From the human T2T-CHM13v2.0 reference genome, Homo sapiens: 64,000 nt of DNA. Both the position numbers and the translations under genes were made by a program. Location of the stretch: NCBI RefSeq assembly GCF_009914755.1, contig NC_060938.1; one strand, given 5' to 3'. The notes under the pieces are model-generated. The model did not search any database. It was not told the DNA's origin and saw only the letters and a list, made by a program, of their open reading frames with translations. Position 1 is the stretch's first letter. Every line of letters starts with the position of its first letter. This document shows positions 28,790-41,582 of this stretch, one piece after another.

Positions 28790-29412
28790 ATCAGATCATG
28801 ATTACTCTAAATCTATACATTCCAAAGAAAAGCCTGTCTTCAGGAGAACTGGCCCTTGATCAGCTCCTATGAGATAACCTTTGACCCCTTAGAATGTCTT
28901 CCTTTATAAGACTGTTTTGGCATTCCTGAGGCCTGAGGCCCCCATGCGTCAGTTTGACCAGACAGCTTATGCTAACAGTGACTTGTGGTGACTGTTTTTG
29001 CATGCCTGGGTCTCCGGGATTCCCTATATTAGTTTGACGTCTCAGTAGTGGTAGGAGGATGAAGGAGTGGCTAGACGCTGAATAGCTAAAGTTAGTCATG
29101 TCCTGAATAAAATCCCTGGACACCAAGGCTCCAGTGAGCTTTTCTGGTTGTCAACGCTTTACACATGTTTTCACAAATTATTACTGGGAGAATTAAGCAC
29201 ATTCTTTGTGCAACCCTGTTGGGAGGGGATTCCTGGAAGCTTACATTTGGTTTCTACTGGACTTTGCCCATGTACCTTTCTCCTTTATTGATATTGATCT
29301 GTATCCTTTCACTATGATAAACCATAAACAGAAGCCTAACAGTATTTCTGAGTCCTGTGAATCCTAGTTAATCTATCAAACTTCAGAGTGGTCTTGGAGC
29401 TCCCCCAATACA
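28790..29412 (+). mobile_element. Solo LTR, MER21-like
   Basis: ggagaactggcccttga...aataaaatccctggacaccaaggctc...ggtcttggagctcccccaataca terminus. Confidence 0.75.
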
Positions 29413-30745
29413 GAAGTGACTGAAAGAGATAGCTGGAGGAATTTATCCCTGAATATTAATCAGAGATAAATCTTTTGTACTGTCCAGCCAGAAACAGAAA
29501 CGTTCAAGGATCTGCTGACAACCCTTCCCTTGGAGCCAGAGTCCTGGAACCAAGCCCTTTCCCTTTGTAATGCCTATGTTAGAAAATAAAAGAGCTACTA
29601 ACCATGGCAGGCCTTCTCATGTTAGTTTATTCCCAGATAAACATTTTTAACATAGACTGTCTCCCTTTCGTCAGTCCACTGCAGAACAAATACATGTCCA
29701 GTACTCTCAAAATGCAGAAGCTCACTAGCTCGTTCAAAAAATAAATAAATAAGGATGTAAACTCTCTGGGACTTTATACTCTCTAGTATTTTTTGAAAAA
29801 CAAATAACTTTATTTAGACAGTCATAAAGTTTTATACAATTCATAAGACACAATTTTGATATTTTGTTTTATTCTTATGCAAAAAGTATTAAACTCTCTT
29901 AAAATATTGAAAAATCAGAATACACAATATCAGACCATTGCCCCCCAAAATTTACTTATATTTATAAGAAGGAATAAGGAGAGTGAGAAAAGAAAAAAAT
30001 AAACTAGTATAGCAGTGTTGTAAGTCCACTCAGGCAGAGAAATTCCCATATCTAATGCATTCAGGTTTTGTTTCCCTCTTGGATGATCAAAATGAACTAT
30101 CATACTTCCGCATGCTAGAGTACCTAAACTGCCTCTACTGTTTCTAAAAATCCTGCGAAGAGATTGCAAAGATCATTTAGCTTTTATATTAAATCTTCCT
30201 ATTTCTTTCCAGCAGTTTCTGACTTCTACCTCTTGTTAATCACAGAAGTTCTTAAGATGGTTTTTGTCTAATACACATTTTAAAAATCCCTGAGGCACCG
30301 ATTACAGAAACCACTATCATCTCCCAATCAGTACAAAGTGTGAAAATCCCATTTGACCTGGCAAATCCCGCAAAGCTTTTATGTTAGCCTACACATCACA
30401 ATTCACCAAGGGGAGGCTGTGAAGGACTGAGGAACTTGGGCTCTCCAACTCTGCGTCAGCTCGGTCAGTTTTCCTTGGTTTACCACTAGCCAAAATTAAG
30501 ACAAGAGTTCCACAGTTTCACATTAGAGACAAAACATAACTCTTTCCCAACTGGAGAAGTGTGTTTGGACCTCTTTTTAATTTTTATATGTAAAGGACAC
30601 AAGAAGCAAAAAACAAAATCTCAAAATCTTTATTTTGAGTTCTCCCTTCAAAGCATAAAAATATTAGGAACTATATTATGATCCTTGAAATTCTGGGTGG
30701 CATTAAAAATCCTCCATTTTAGCCATGTATAAAAGCAACAGACAG

Positions 30746-31053
30746 GGCCAGACGCAGTAGTTCACCCCTGTAATGCCAGCACCTTGGGAGGCTGAGGCAG
30801 GCGGATCACATGAGGCCAGGAGTTCAAGACCAGCCTGGGCAACATAGTGAAACCCTATCTCTACTAAAAATACAAAAAAAAAAAAAAGTAGCTGGCCATG
30901 GTGGCATGCACCTGTAATCCCAGCTACTCAGGTGGCTGATGCAGGAGGTGGAGGTTGCAGTGAGCCAAGATAGTACCAGTGCACTCCAGCCTGGGCAATA
31001 GAGCGAAGACTGTCTCAAAAATAATAATAATAATAATAATAAAGTAAAATAAA
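30746..31053 (+). mobile_element. Alu (AluJ or old AluS) with a deletion in the right arm and an (AAT)n tail
   Basis: gaggccaggagttcaagaccagcctgggcaacatagtg; the gaatcgcttgaacc segment is missing. Confidence 0.92.
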
Positions 31054-31515
31054 GAAGCAGACAATCTTTGTGCCCATGAAGACTGTGAGTGGTTTTACAT
31101 CCTCAAGAAGAATAAGCCACTAAACCAATCTATAGGCACATTACCACTTAATAAACTTACATTTAAAAAGCACTAAACCTAACGCTGGAAAAAACTGCCT
31201 CTTTCTATGGTGCAGTTTCTTAAAAAATCACAGCTGTGAAGCCCCATCAGCTAATTTGCCTACAATCAGTTGAGGCAAGACTTCCCTGGAATAAAAATGG
31301 AAAAATCAAGGTGTAGAGAGACACCTTCAAATTCTTTAAATGTAGGTAAAGAAGCAAGTTTGGACCTAAGGCATATGAGAAAAGCAGTTTTCTCTGTTCC
31401 TTTCCTTCTTTCCTTTACCTCCACTCATTGATTCAGAATACTTTTGCTATATCCAGAAACCCTCTAATGGAAAATTAGCAACCTCAGGGATAACATTTTG
31501 GTAACCTGGTGACCT

Positions 31516-32103
31516 ATACAAACACACACACACACACACACATATAAACACACACACACACACATATATACACACACATAATGTGTGCATATGTGTGTAT
31601 TTCTAAGGGAATTGACTCACACAATTTTGGAGGCCAAGAAGTCCCACTATCGCCCATCTGTAAGCTAGAGAACCAGGAATGCCAGTGGTGTAATGTAGTC
31701 TGTGTCCAAAGCTTAAGAAGCAGAGCAACTGACAGTATAACTCTCACTGTGAGTCCGAAGGCCTGAGAATCAGAGACGGGTGGTGCTAGTGTAAGTCCCA
31801 GAATTCAAAGGCCCAAGAGGCAGGCTCTCCAGTGTCACAGGGCAAAAGAAGATAAATGTCCCCGCTTAAGAAGACAGAGAGCGAATTAGCCCTTTCTCCA
31901 CCCTTTTGTACCATTCAGTGTTTCAATCGATCACATAATGTCCACCCACACTGGTAAAGGTAGATCTTTTTTACTCAGTATATTAATTTAAATGCTAATC
32001 TCTTCTAGAAACACCCTCATAGACATATCCAGAAATGATATCTTACCAGCTATCTGGGTATCCCTTAGCCCAGTCAAGCTAACACATTAAATTAACCATC
32101 ATA
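31516..32103 (-). mobile_element. MLT2-family (HERV-L) LTR with a (CA)n/(TA)n microsatellite at 31516-31600
   Basis: Reverse complement begins tatgatggttaatttaatgtgttagcttgactgggctaagggatacccagatagctgg, the MLT2 5' end. Confidence 0.85.
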
Positions 32104-32449
32104 GTTTGTGATTACTAAAAACCTATCTTAAGACTTTTTAATATATAATGGTGAAAAATTAAAGCTTATCTAAATGTCTATCAATAATACAGTGGTTAGG
32201 CAAATTATGGTATATATGTATAACTGATTAAATATTATGCAATGAATAAATAAGATGGCTATGATTATTGTATCATTTTAAGTGAAATAATCTAGATATA
32301 TAGTTCATAATGGGATTAAAATTATATAAAAATACATATGAAAGATTATTAGTAAATATATACAAAAAGGATAACAGAGTATGTTGTGATGGTGAGATTA
32401 TAGGGTTTTTTTGTTTCGTTTTTATTCTTTTTATTTTCTTCACATCCTG

Positions 32450-32752
32450 TTTTTTTTTTTTTTTTTTTTTTTTTGGAGTTTTGCTCTTGTTGCTCAGGCT
32501 GGAGTGCAATGGCACGATGTTGGCTAACTGCAATCTCCGCCTCCCGGATTCAAGCAATTCTCATATCTCAGCCTCCCAAGTAGCTGGGAATACAGGCATG
32601 CACCACCACGCCCGGCTAATTTTTGTATTTTCAGTAGACATGGGGTTTTGCCATGTTGACCAGGCTGGCCTCGAACTCCTGACTTCAGGTGAGCCACCCA
32701 CTTCAGCCTCCCAAAGTGCTGGGATTACAGGTGTGAGCCACTGTGCCTAGCC
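32450..32752 (-). mobile_element. AluS (Sq/Sp-like)
   Basis: Poly(T), then gagttttgctcttgttgctcaggctggagtgcaatggc...gtgagccactgtgcctagcc. Confidence 0.95.
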
Positions 32753-32883
32753 TATTTTTCTAATAATATATATATAAAAAAAAAAAAAACCTAAATTTTT
32801 AACTGGAAATCCCGGTTTTAGCCCTTAAAACCAGGGTTTGAATTCTGGAGTAGGCAGAATGAACTAGGTGTATTATTCTGGAT

Positions 32884-33065
32884 TAGGGTTCCTCAACTAG
32901 GTACTGTTGACATTTACAGTTGAATGATGCTTTGTTCTGAGGGGCTGCCCTGTCCATTGTAGAATATTTGTCAGTGTCTCTGGCCTCTAGCCACTAGATG
33001 CTGGCAGCAACAACATTGCCAAATGTCCCCTGGGGGACAAAATCTCTGCTGGTTAAGAACCACTG
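32884..33065. mobile_element. MER20 hAT DNA transposon, internally deleted
   Basis: ggggctgccctgtccattgtagaatattt...ccactagatg...cattgccaaatgtcccctggggg...aagaaccactg. Confidence 0.85.
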
Positions 33066-33628
33066 CTGTAGATGCTTTCTGAAAATATTTATCATCTATT
33101 ACTTTAAAGATCTTAAAATGCCTGAGTCATGGCCCTGTTCTCAGGAAGCATGTATTATAGTGGGAATAAAAAGACACACAAGCAAATGTGAGCATAAACA
33201 TTAGTAAATAATAATAATAAAGATGTGACATTTACCAAGTATGTAGTCATGAAAAGGAAGGGAACAATCAGCTCAGGCTAAGGTAAAGGTTGAGCACCAC
33301 TGACCCTACCTTCTCACTGGGCCCCAAACTTCTCATAAGAGCTAACACATGAAAGTTTGAGAACAGTTTAAGAAGTGTATCCATGACTGGAAGGGGACTG
33401 GCAGGGGATAGCAGAATGAGGGTTTGAGAGGGTCGTATTCCCGGCAGAAGTAAGGGCATGATCATATTCCAGGCACAGAAAATCCCAACAGAGATTTGGA
33501 AAATAGCAATCAGGTGGAATTGGTTGCAGCCTAGGATTTCCTCATGAAACAGTGGAAGATCAAGTGAGAAGAGTAGAGTGGGGCTTGATTGTGGAAAGCT
33601 TTGAATGCCAGTGTGGGCTTTCTTCTAA

Positions 33629-33783
33629 TCAGTTGTTCTCAACTATGTCTGAACATTAGAAGCATCTGAGATGCTTCTTTAAAACTCCCATGCCTGGGCC
33701 CCACTCCAACCATCAACATCAGAATCCTCAAGGAATGAGACCAGGTGATTCCGATTCTCAACAGGCAGGTTGAGAACACCTGT
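33629..33783. mobile_element. MER5A-like hAT MITE
   Basis: Terminal inverted repeats cagttgttctcaac and gttgagaacacctg; ccaggtgattc motif. Confidence 0.75.
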
Positions 33784-34109
33784 CCTAGACAGTGGCTGTG
33801 GTGAGGCCAAACGTTAAATCCAGCCCTAACAACAATAACGTGATTCTTCCCATAATCCTCTTCCAGAACACCAACCCGACCCATACAAACATCTCATCTC
33901 TCAGCTGCATGCTTGAAGCTGAACGCTACAGCAGCAGAGACTTCTATTTCCTCTAGAATAGCCCCTCGAGTGGCCAGTCTACTTCTGACAAGACTCTACC
34001 TCTGGTAGTAAAAAATCTCAGTCTCCTAAGAAATATTTTGTTATAGTTTTGAGAGATCTGGAGATTTAGAGAACTTCAAGGTACTCATTTGAAATCTACA
34101 TCCCAGAAA

Positions 34110-34380
34110 TCTGTACTGCCTGATCTTGGTTTTCTCCTCTGGTGCCACGAAACAAATTGAAAATGTCTTCCCATAAGAACTTTGAAATTTCTGAAAACAG
34201 CCAATAGATCGGCACCCTAACTACTCAATAGATTAAACATCTCCACTTCTTTCACTTACTCCTGTTGTGATATGGTTTCAATTCCTCTCATCACAATGGT
34301 CACGCTTTCCTGAATACACACCAGTTTGCCATTGTCTGTCTTGAACTGTGATGCCCTGACCTAGATAAAAGACTATAGAA
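34110..34380 (-). mobile_element. L3/CR1 LINE fragment
   Basis: taaacatctccacttctttca...gatatggtttc...ccagtttgccattgtc resembles antisense L3. Confidence 0.55.
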
Positions 34381-34504
34381 GTAGTTACATCAATGTAAGA
34401 AAAGCACAGATTTCTCTTGTAATCAGCACATTAATGCATTCGAGGTAGAGTTGGAGGGGCCACTAGGACATGCACACTGAGGATATGCACAGGACAGGAG
34501 GCAA

Positions 34505-34629
34505 GCTTCTCTTCCCTTTCCATGCTAAGTCCCACATTCTGTATCTGCTTCTCTTCCCCTTCCATGCTAAGTCCCACATTCTGTATCTGCTTCTCTTCCC
34601 TTTCCATGCTAGTCCACCATTCTGTGTCT
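34505..34629. repeat. Minisatellite, 3 copies of a 42-bp unit
   Basis: gcttctcttccctttccatgctaagtcccacattctgtatct at 34505, 34547 (1 mismatch) and 34589 (more diverged). Confidence 0.95.
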
Positions 34630-34828
34630 GGTTCCTCTTCAGAAGATTCTTGTTTCTTTATGTTGGAAAACATCACATCACATTTGGAACTCCTGTGATC
34701 AGTTTTTCCTCTGGCTCAGTCTCCTCTACTCACTCTCTCTTATTTCTGATTCTGACTCTCCTCTGTAGCCTCAGAATCTTCAATTTCCTGGCTCCCTTTT
34801 ATTTCTTCAGTTATCCTCTTTCTTCTAG

Positions 34829-34902
34829 ATAATATGCAGGGAAGTAGAGAATATGTATTACCAAATAGTTTTCACTTTCTCCTCAAGCCAAGAATCCAAA
34901 AG
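34829..34902 (+). other. Candidate 74-nt exon on the plus strand
   Basis: Long pyrimidine tract ...ttatcctctttcttctag|ATAAT...CCAAAAG|gtaagt. Confidence 0.4.
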
Positions 34903-34914
34903 GTAAGTACAGTT

Positions 34915-35198
34915 TAGAACACTTTCCTCATTGTCTGCTCCTCTTAGGATGGGGTTCTATAAACAAGCTGCTTATAATTACAGCCTTACCCCAACGATCC
35001 TTATCTGTTCTCTCTGCTTTATTTTTTTGTGACACCATCTAACTTATTGGAGATTTTACTTATTTTGTTTACTGTCTATGCCCCTCTACTTGAATGGAAT
35101 GGATTTTCACTATTTTACTCACTGCTATATCCCTAGTGTCTAGAAGAATGCCTAGCATATTCTAGGTACTCAGCAAATACTTGTGAGATGAATGAATG
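34915..35198 (+). mobile_element. L2 3' end
   Basis: actgctatatccctagtgtctagaagaatgcctagca...gtactcagcaaatacttgtgagatgaatgaatga. Confidence 0.8.
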
Positions 35199-37603
35199 AC
35201 AGTGTCTTTAATAGCTCCCACAGATGTCTGCCAGAGTGAACTGCCTGTGTTTATTCCCTTGTGTTTAGATTCAATACTTCTGAATACTTTACCACTTTGC
35301 ATAGTACGGTGGACTATCAATTGTTGGCAAAACCTTCATCATTTACCACTAATCTGACAGTTCCTCCCAATATCCAGCAGACAGCATATTGGAGAATTGT
35401 TCCACTTTTTCTACTTTTTCTTCTACTCAGCTGCTACAGAGTTCAGCTGCCCCAGAATACCCTGGGCTCTGACTCAAACCATGGTCCCTGCACGTGACCC
35501 AAGTAGGTTGCAGTGCTTTACAAACACTCCCAAGTTCCAAGGCCCATGGATTCTTACAATTAAGGCATTAATTATCTTAAATCTATGGCATGGACTTTTC
35601 CTCATTTTACAGCTTTTATTACTCTGGATCTTCTGGAATTTCCATTGATTCCATTTCAAAAATGCTTGAACTTAGTTTGATCTATTCTCCTTATATTTCA
35701 ACACTACAAATGTTTCATGTGAGTATCTATTGCAAAGTGTGCTGTTGGTATAAAAGGTATGCTCAGGTGAACAAGCTACATAAGACAAATCAGAAGCAAT
35801 TCCCAGTCCTGTAGGTGTTGATAGTCCAATTTATCACTCCGATTCTTTACTCCAGGGAGCCAATTCAATGTCCTCTTATCTTCCCTGGCATGATGGGAAG
35901 GCCAGTGACCCAACTTCTCAAAAAGTCAACAGGAGAAACACTTTTGGAGGACACACAGAAGTCCTAGGATGCTTTTCAAAACACAGTGGAAGGCAATAAG
36001 ATAGAGTATACAGCGTCAATCTCCCATCCCTCTTAACATGTGCCTAATGCAAGGTGAGATGTGCCTAATGCAGGGTGAGAGAGAAGCAGACCAACAGCTG
36101 TAAAATAGAAAGAACCCTTAGGAGAGATAGGTATGTACATTGTGAGGAATAGTGGTCAAGCACAGTAAGAAAGAGAGGGTGACATAAGGCAGTTTGATTG
36201 CTCTGTGGCGGCATCTAAAATCTAAAGTGTATACCCTGAAAGCTAATAGAGAATATGGTTCCTATTTATGGTTCTTTGTATTATCTGTAAGTTCCAGCAA
36301 GAAATTGTATTGTTGCAAGTACTGTCCCTGATTTTCTGTAGTTATGACAGAGAGAAATAAATACTTCTGTGAAATTATTTCCATGAGGAACATAAGCTAT
36401 GCTTGACCCAGTTTTCCTAGCAGAGCAAGGGCATTTCACAAGCAGCACTTGAAAGGCTCAGAATTATGCAGCCTTAACCACAGTGATGATCAAAGTGTGG
36501 CCCTCTGGTAAAATTGGACCAAACACAAAAATCTAAACTGAACCCTCCTATGGATCAGTATCCCTGGAGCAAAATTTTGCCTGAAGCCCTTACTTCGGCC
36601 GCTGCTAAAGTTCACAATGTGAGTCTTAGGCTGTCAAATAGCTCTGACAATTCAGGGAAGAATAACGAAAATTTAAATGAACAGAAGTCCTGTTTCTCTG
36701 TGTTCCAAAAGAGAACATGGTGTACTGTCATCTTCACGTGGAGCAAGAAGAGATTGGCCAGCAGTCCCATTCTCTGCCTGTATTCAAACACAGCTCATTT
36801 CATCATATCAGAATTCATTTCTGCTCTTGCCTCCTCCTCAGCAAGTTATCAGAGCTGTCAATATGACACAATTACATAATCATTTCCCGGGAACTTTGCA
36901 AAGCAGGCTCCCTGAATACCCTTCCATTGCTCTCAAAGTCCAGCTGTCTGTTACTTGTCAGGGGTCGGTGGGACTACCTTTTGCCTTTGTTTAAGTGGGA
37001 TTATAAAATTTAAAGTACAGGGAACACACCGATGAAGGTTAAAGCAGTAGCACGTTAAATCTACAGTAAATGAAAATTTAACTCTAGCTACAAACAGTAG
37101 TATTTACTGAACCATAGACATTAGCTTTTCAAAATCACATTCAGAGTTATTAATACTGGATTGCTATTATTGTAGCTTTAAAATGATCATTGAAATATAA
37201 TTTCCCTGTTCATGATGATGTAACTGCTGAGAAGCCATGTGGTTGGTAATTACACAATGCAGTATATGGAACTGAGCTAATGCCCTGAAATCTATTAATT
37301 GTTTGATTTTTTTTTCTTCCTAATTCCACTGCCTGGTGTGCATTTTGTGTTGAAATAAAATAAGCTGTAACATCCATATTCCCTTGCTTAGCCTCTGGAG
37401 AATGAGGGAGTGTGGGAATGGAAGTGGAGAAGCTGTAACTGACTCTGGATTATTCGGAGTTCTGAGGGAGCACACACTGAAGTGCTGATCCACTGCACCA
37501 TTTGTTGTTGCTTCCTTCATACTACCAGCAAGCCATCAACACTAAATGCAATTGCCAGTTAACTCTATTAAATATGTATGCATGTGTGCATGTACTTTGA
37601 TTT

Positions 37604-37634
<31 letters not shown>

Positions 37635-37964
37635 TTAAGTACACTGGCTGTTACCACCCTTATTTGACAGATTCTAAATAGTGTCTCTTTATTATCCAAA
37701 TAAAGCATAGCTGGAGAGGAAAATCAAAAATATATATTCAGAAAAATACCTGTAATAGACAACAAGTAATTACTTTTCTATTTTTTTACTTTATTTGCAA
37801 ATTAAGGTACATGTCTGTGTGTCGAAAAGATTATAGTTGTAAGAGTTGACAAAACAACACAGATTTCATGTGGAACTAGCCACTGTTGCTTGCCAAGGGG
37901 TGATTTAAACATATATCTTGTCTCAGTGGTGTGTGTACATCAGTCACAGGCCATACAGACAGCA

Positions 37965-38200
37965 CAAAAAGAGACTTGGAACCAGTTAGCCTGGGCTTGC
38001 ATCCTGGCATGGTCACTCACTATCTGTGAGATTTGGGGAATGTCATTTCACTTCTATCACAATTTCTCCATATGTAAAAAGAGGATTGTGATAGTATCTT
38101 TCTCACAGTGTTGTTGTGAGTATCAAATGAATTAATATATGTAAACTGCTTAGAACAGCGCCTGGCATACAGTAAGCACTATTCAAATGTTGGCTATTAT
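37965..38200 (+). mobile_element. MIR
   Basis: tgttgtgagtatcaaatgaattaatatatgtaaactgcttagaacagcgcctggcatacagtaagcact. Confidence 0.85.
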
Positions 38201-38994
38201 TGCTTGTAAACAATAGACATGGTCTCTAGCTAACTTAGAGAAGAAATATACTGAAAGGAAATTAAGTATCTTGCAGAATCAACAGGAAAGCTGAAAAAAG
38301 CATATAAAATGGACAGGAACAAAGACAGCCATGCAGCAGGATCCCCCAGATGGTGTAACACGCTACGGCCAGCAGCATGGCCCCAACACCACAGGACAGT
38401 GCCACTGCCAGGCATTGTGTTTGCCCCCCCGACCACTGGATACCGTATGCTGCCCCAAATAAGTCCTAACTGATCCTTCCTCTTTATATCACTAGCTCCA
38501 GAGTTGAAGCCCCAGGCAGGGCATTCAGTGGCCAAGCCTCGGATACCTGGCTATATCCACCAAGCACCAGCCAGAAGAAATATCCAGTCCCTTTAGTTCC
38601 TGAAGTGGGAGATGGGGCTCTGCCTCCTACCAAGATTCAACACTGTGGGGATCCTTCAAAACAAGAAGGGAGTTTAGATGTGGGAGGGGAAAAAACCAAA
38701 GCCAAACCAAACAGAAGTCTACTACTGTTCTAAGCTGCCGGGAAGAGAACTTTCTCAGGTCCGCTGACCTATCAAGAAAGAGAAGAATGACTATGAAAAC
38801 CAGAAAACAGAGATCACCGCAAGTCACCGATCAGGTAGAAAACACAGAAAAGTGAAAGAAAAAAAGAAAACTAGAAACAGGTCATTAGGTAGGAACAATC
38901 AGTGTGGCAGACAAAGAAATTTGGCCTAGAAAGCAGTAAAATAAGAAGCATAGTGCTTCTCATAGAGTCAGAAGAAAAGAGCCTAGTCTGGTTT

Positions 38995-39440
38995 AGTGGT
39001 TCTCAAACATTTTGATCACTAAGACCCCTTTACAAACCTAAACATTATCAAAGACTTCAAATATCTTTTTCTAATGTGGGTTATATCTGTGTATATTTGG
39101 TGTACTGAAAAAGCCAAGAAATTATGAAAAAGATATTAATTCATTTTACATAAAGTAAACCCACTACCAACATAAATGATATATATTTATGAAAAGCAAC
39201 TATATTTTCCTCCAACAAACTATAGTGAAAAGAGTGGCATTGCTTTATGTTTTTGTGAATCTGGCATATTAGAAGTCTCATATCTGCTTCTATATTTAAT
39301 CTGTTGTGATATTACAAATCACGGAGCCCCTGGAAAACTCCAACTGTGAGAGAATGAGTGAAAACAGCAAATAACATGTTAGTATTATTATGAAAACAGT
39401 TTTGACCTTCTCTAAAAAGCATCTTGGGAACCCTGCTAGA
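38995..39440. mobile_element. hAT-Charlie DNA transposon fragment
   Basis: TIR-like tagtggttctcaaac followed by gacccctttaca...atgtgggttatatct...gtgaaaagagtggcattg. Confidence 0.7.
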
Positions 39441-39485
39441 GTAGACCAAGAATAGTAACAAGTTAGAGCTAAAGAGACAATACAA

Positions 39486-39637
39486 GCTGGGGATTGTGTC
39501 TCATGCCTGTTATCCCAGCAATTTAGGAGGCTGAGGCAGGAGAATCACTTCAACCCAGGAGTTCAAGGCTGCACTGAGCCATGATCGCACCACTGCACTC
39601 CAGCCTGGGTGACCAAGTGAGACTCTGACTTTAAAAA
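39486..39637 (+). mobile_element. Free Alu monomer (FAM/FRAM)
   Basis: Single monomer with ggagttcaaggctgcactgagccatgatcgcaccactgcactccagcctggg. Confidence 0.85.
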
Positions 39638-41582
39638 GACGGTATAGGTTTCACCAGGAACTACAAAAGATGGGCTATGATGATAACGATAACAATATAC
39701 TCTCACCTCAGCTTACATTTATATAGCACTTTGTTATTTACAAAAGCATTTCCACATATATGTTCTATTTTACACCCACCACACTCTTGGGAGGCATTAC
39801 TTCCACTTTATAAGCAAGGACTCCAGTGTTCAGAGAGGTTAACAGCATCACATAGCTTGTAAGTAGAAAAGCTAGATACAACATTCCCACCCACTATTCC
39901 ATGTGGAAGATGTAGTTGTTGTCATGAGGGAAGTATGGAAACACCGATATAGCCGTCTCCATTTCCTAGGCAGGATCCAAGGCCTACGGTTTTGAAAATG
40001 TCCTTCCTTTGATCCGCAAGCGGGAGCAGAACTGTGTCTAGATCCTAGATTTGTTGGCTCTCGATTGGACTTTAGTAACTAAGCAAGCATAAGTCAGAGT
40101 TAAAAAATTCCGTGAATTTTTTTTTTAATAAAGAGCTGGATTCTAAATCCATTATATGGATAAACAACTTCTTGGTAGATATAGGCAGTGGATTCATTTG
40201 TCCTTTGCTCCTTAATCTCATCACTCACCAAAAAAATTGTTAAGCCCTTCAACAATTGACCTAAAAATAAACAAGGAGTCTCCAGTTCCTAGGTGGCAGC
40301 AGCAGGAGGTAGAAAGTTTGATAAGATGCTCATTTTTTATAGATATCTTATAGATATTTCCAGATACTTTTGTGAATCAGTCATGATTTACACCCTTGTT
40401 TTCAAGTGGGAATAAAGACAGGAAGAAAGAGAGAATGATGACTAAGCTGGCTTAAATAATAATGACATTTTATTATCTTAGAAATCCTGATGTACCAAGA
40501 TAGGACATCTCCAAGATAAGCTCATTCAGAAGTTAAATAACATAATAAAGATTCAAATTCCTCCCCTCTTTCCTCTCTGCCTTCATCGAATGTCAACTCC
40601 CCTCATAACCTCAAGATGGCTGCCAGAGTTCCAACTATCACATATAAACACAAAAACTTCAAAAAAAGAAAAGGGGCCATTTCTTCTTTGGCTTCTTTAT
40701 AACAGCAAAATAAATTTTCCCAAAAGCTCACATGCAGACCTCATTGCACAACTTATTTCCTTTGCCTAAACGTTACTGGTGAGAAGAACGTGACCCAAAG
40801 ATGAACAGAGACAACCAACAATTATTTCTACTACTGGGGACAAATCAGCTTTTACTGACACCATTTGGGAAGGATTTGTCAGAAAGAAAAAAACAGGGGA
40901 ATGAATAATAGCGGTTTCTACATTTTAGGGTTTTTTTTTTCACCTAAGAATTCATTTGCTACAATCTTTGGGAGTTTTTTTATTTTTATTTTTTGAGAAA
41001 ATATGATGCTGACATAAACACTATCCCATGGAAATAAAGAGACCTAAAGCCTAGCATAAAAGCCATGATTTTTAAATATAATATTAATAAATATAGGTGA
41101 CTGCTTTTGATATAATGGAGCTAATTGCTAATTTACTAAATGTAACATGTTAATTTTTTCAGTGTATTCCATATACAAGTTGTCACTAAATAATACTCCA
41201 GAGCCCCATTAAAATCACTGAATGCAAGCAAATTCAATTAGTGTTCACTTTCAAGGCAGAATGTGCTATTCATATTAGGTCTGTAGATGTGGCAGCACGA
41301 GCATTAGGGAGAGCCCAAAAGCAATTTGGAGAATAAATGACTGGGGATGGGGCAACCAAAAATGGGGAGGAAAAAAATGGATTAACTATTATTAGAGGAA
41401 AACCATCAAAACAAAGCTAGGAGTGGCATTCTATGAGCCAGCCCTCTGTGGGCAATAAGCCACTCTCAGATCCTTAAATTGTTAAACAATCATCATCCTG
41501 ACCATAAATCATCACCAGCTCTAAATGAGCCACCTTGTGGCTTTTACTGAAAGACATTTAGAGTTGGTGATGATTTATGGTC

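Noticed and set aside
32273-32750. Alu-spanning ORFs of 60-146 aa (also 8514-8759, 45809-46042, 56514-57067)
   Set aside because: Typical spurious Alu translations.
34505-34629. CRISPR-like repeat array
   Set aside because: The units are contiguous with no spacers, and the context is eukaryotic.
34431-34832. ORFs with 14-aa repeats on both strands
   Set aside because: A by-product of the 42-bp minisatellite; no other coding signal.
37044-37066. cagtagcacgttaaat resembles miR-16
   Set aside because: Seed mismatch, divergent 3' half and no complementary arm.
40286-40302. CTCF-like taggtggcagca
   Set aside because: The conserved 5' CC of the core motif is missing; not supportable without ChIP data.
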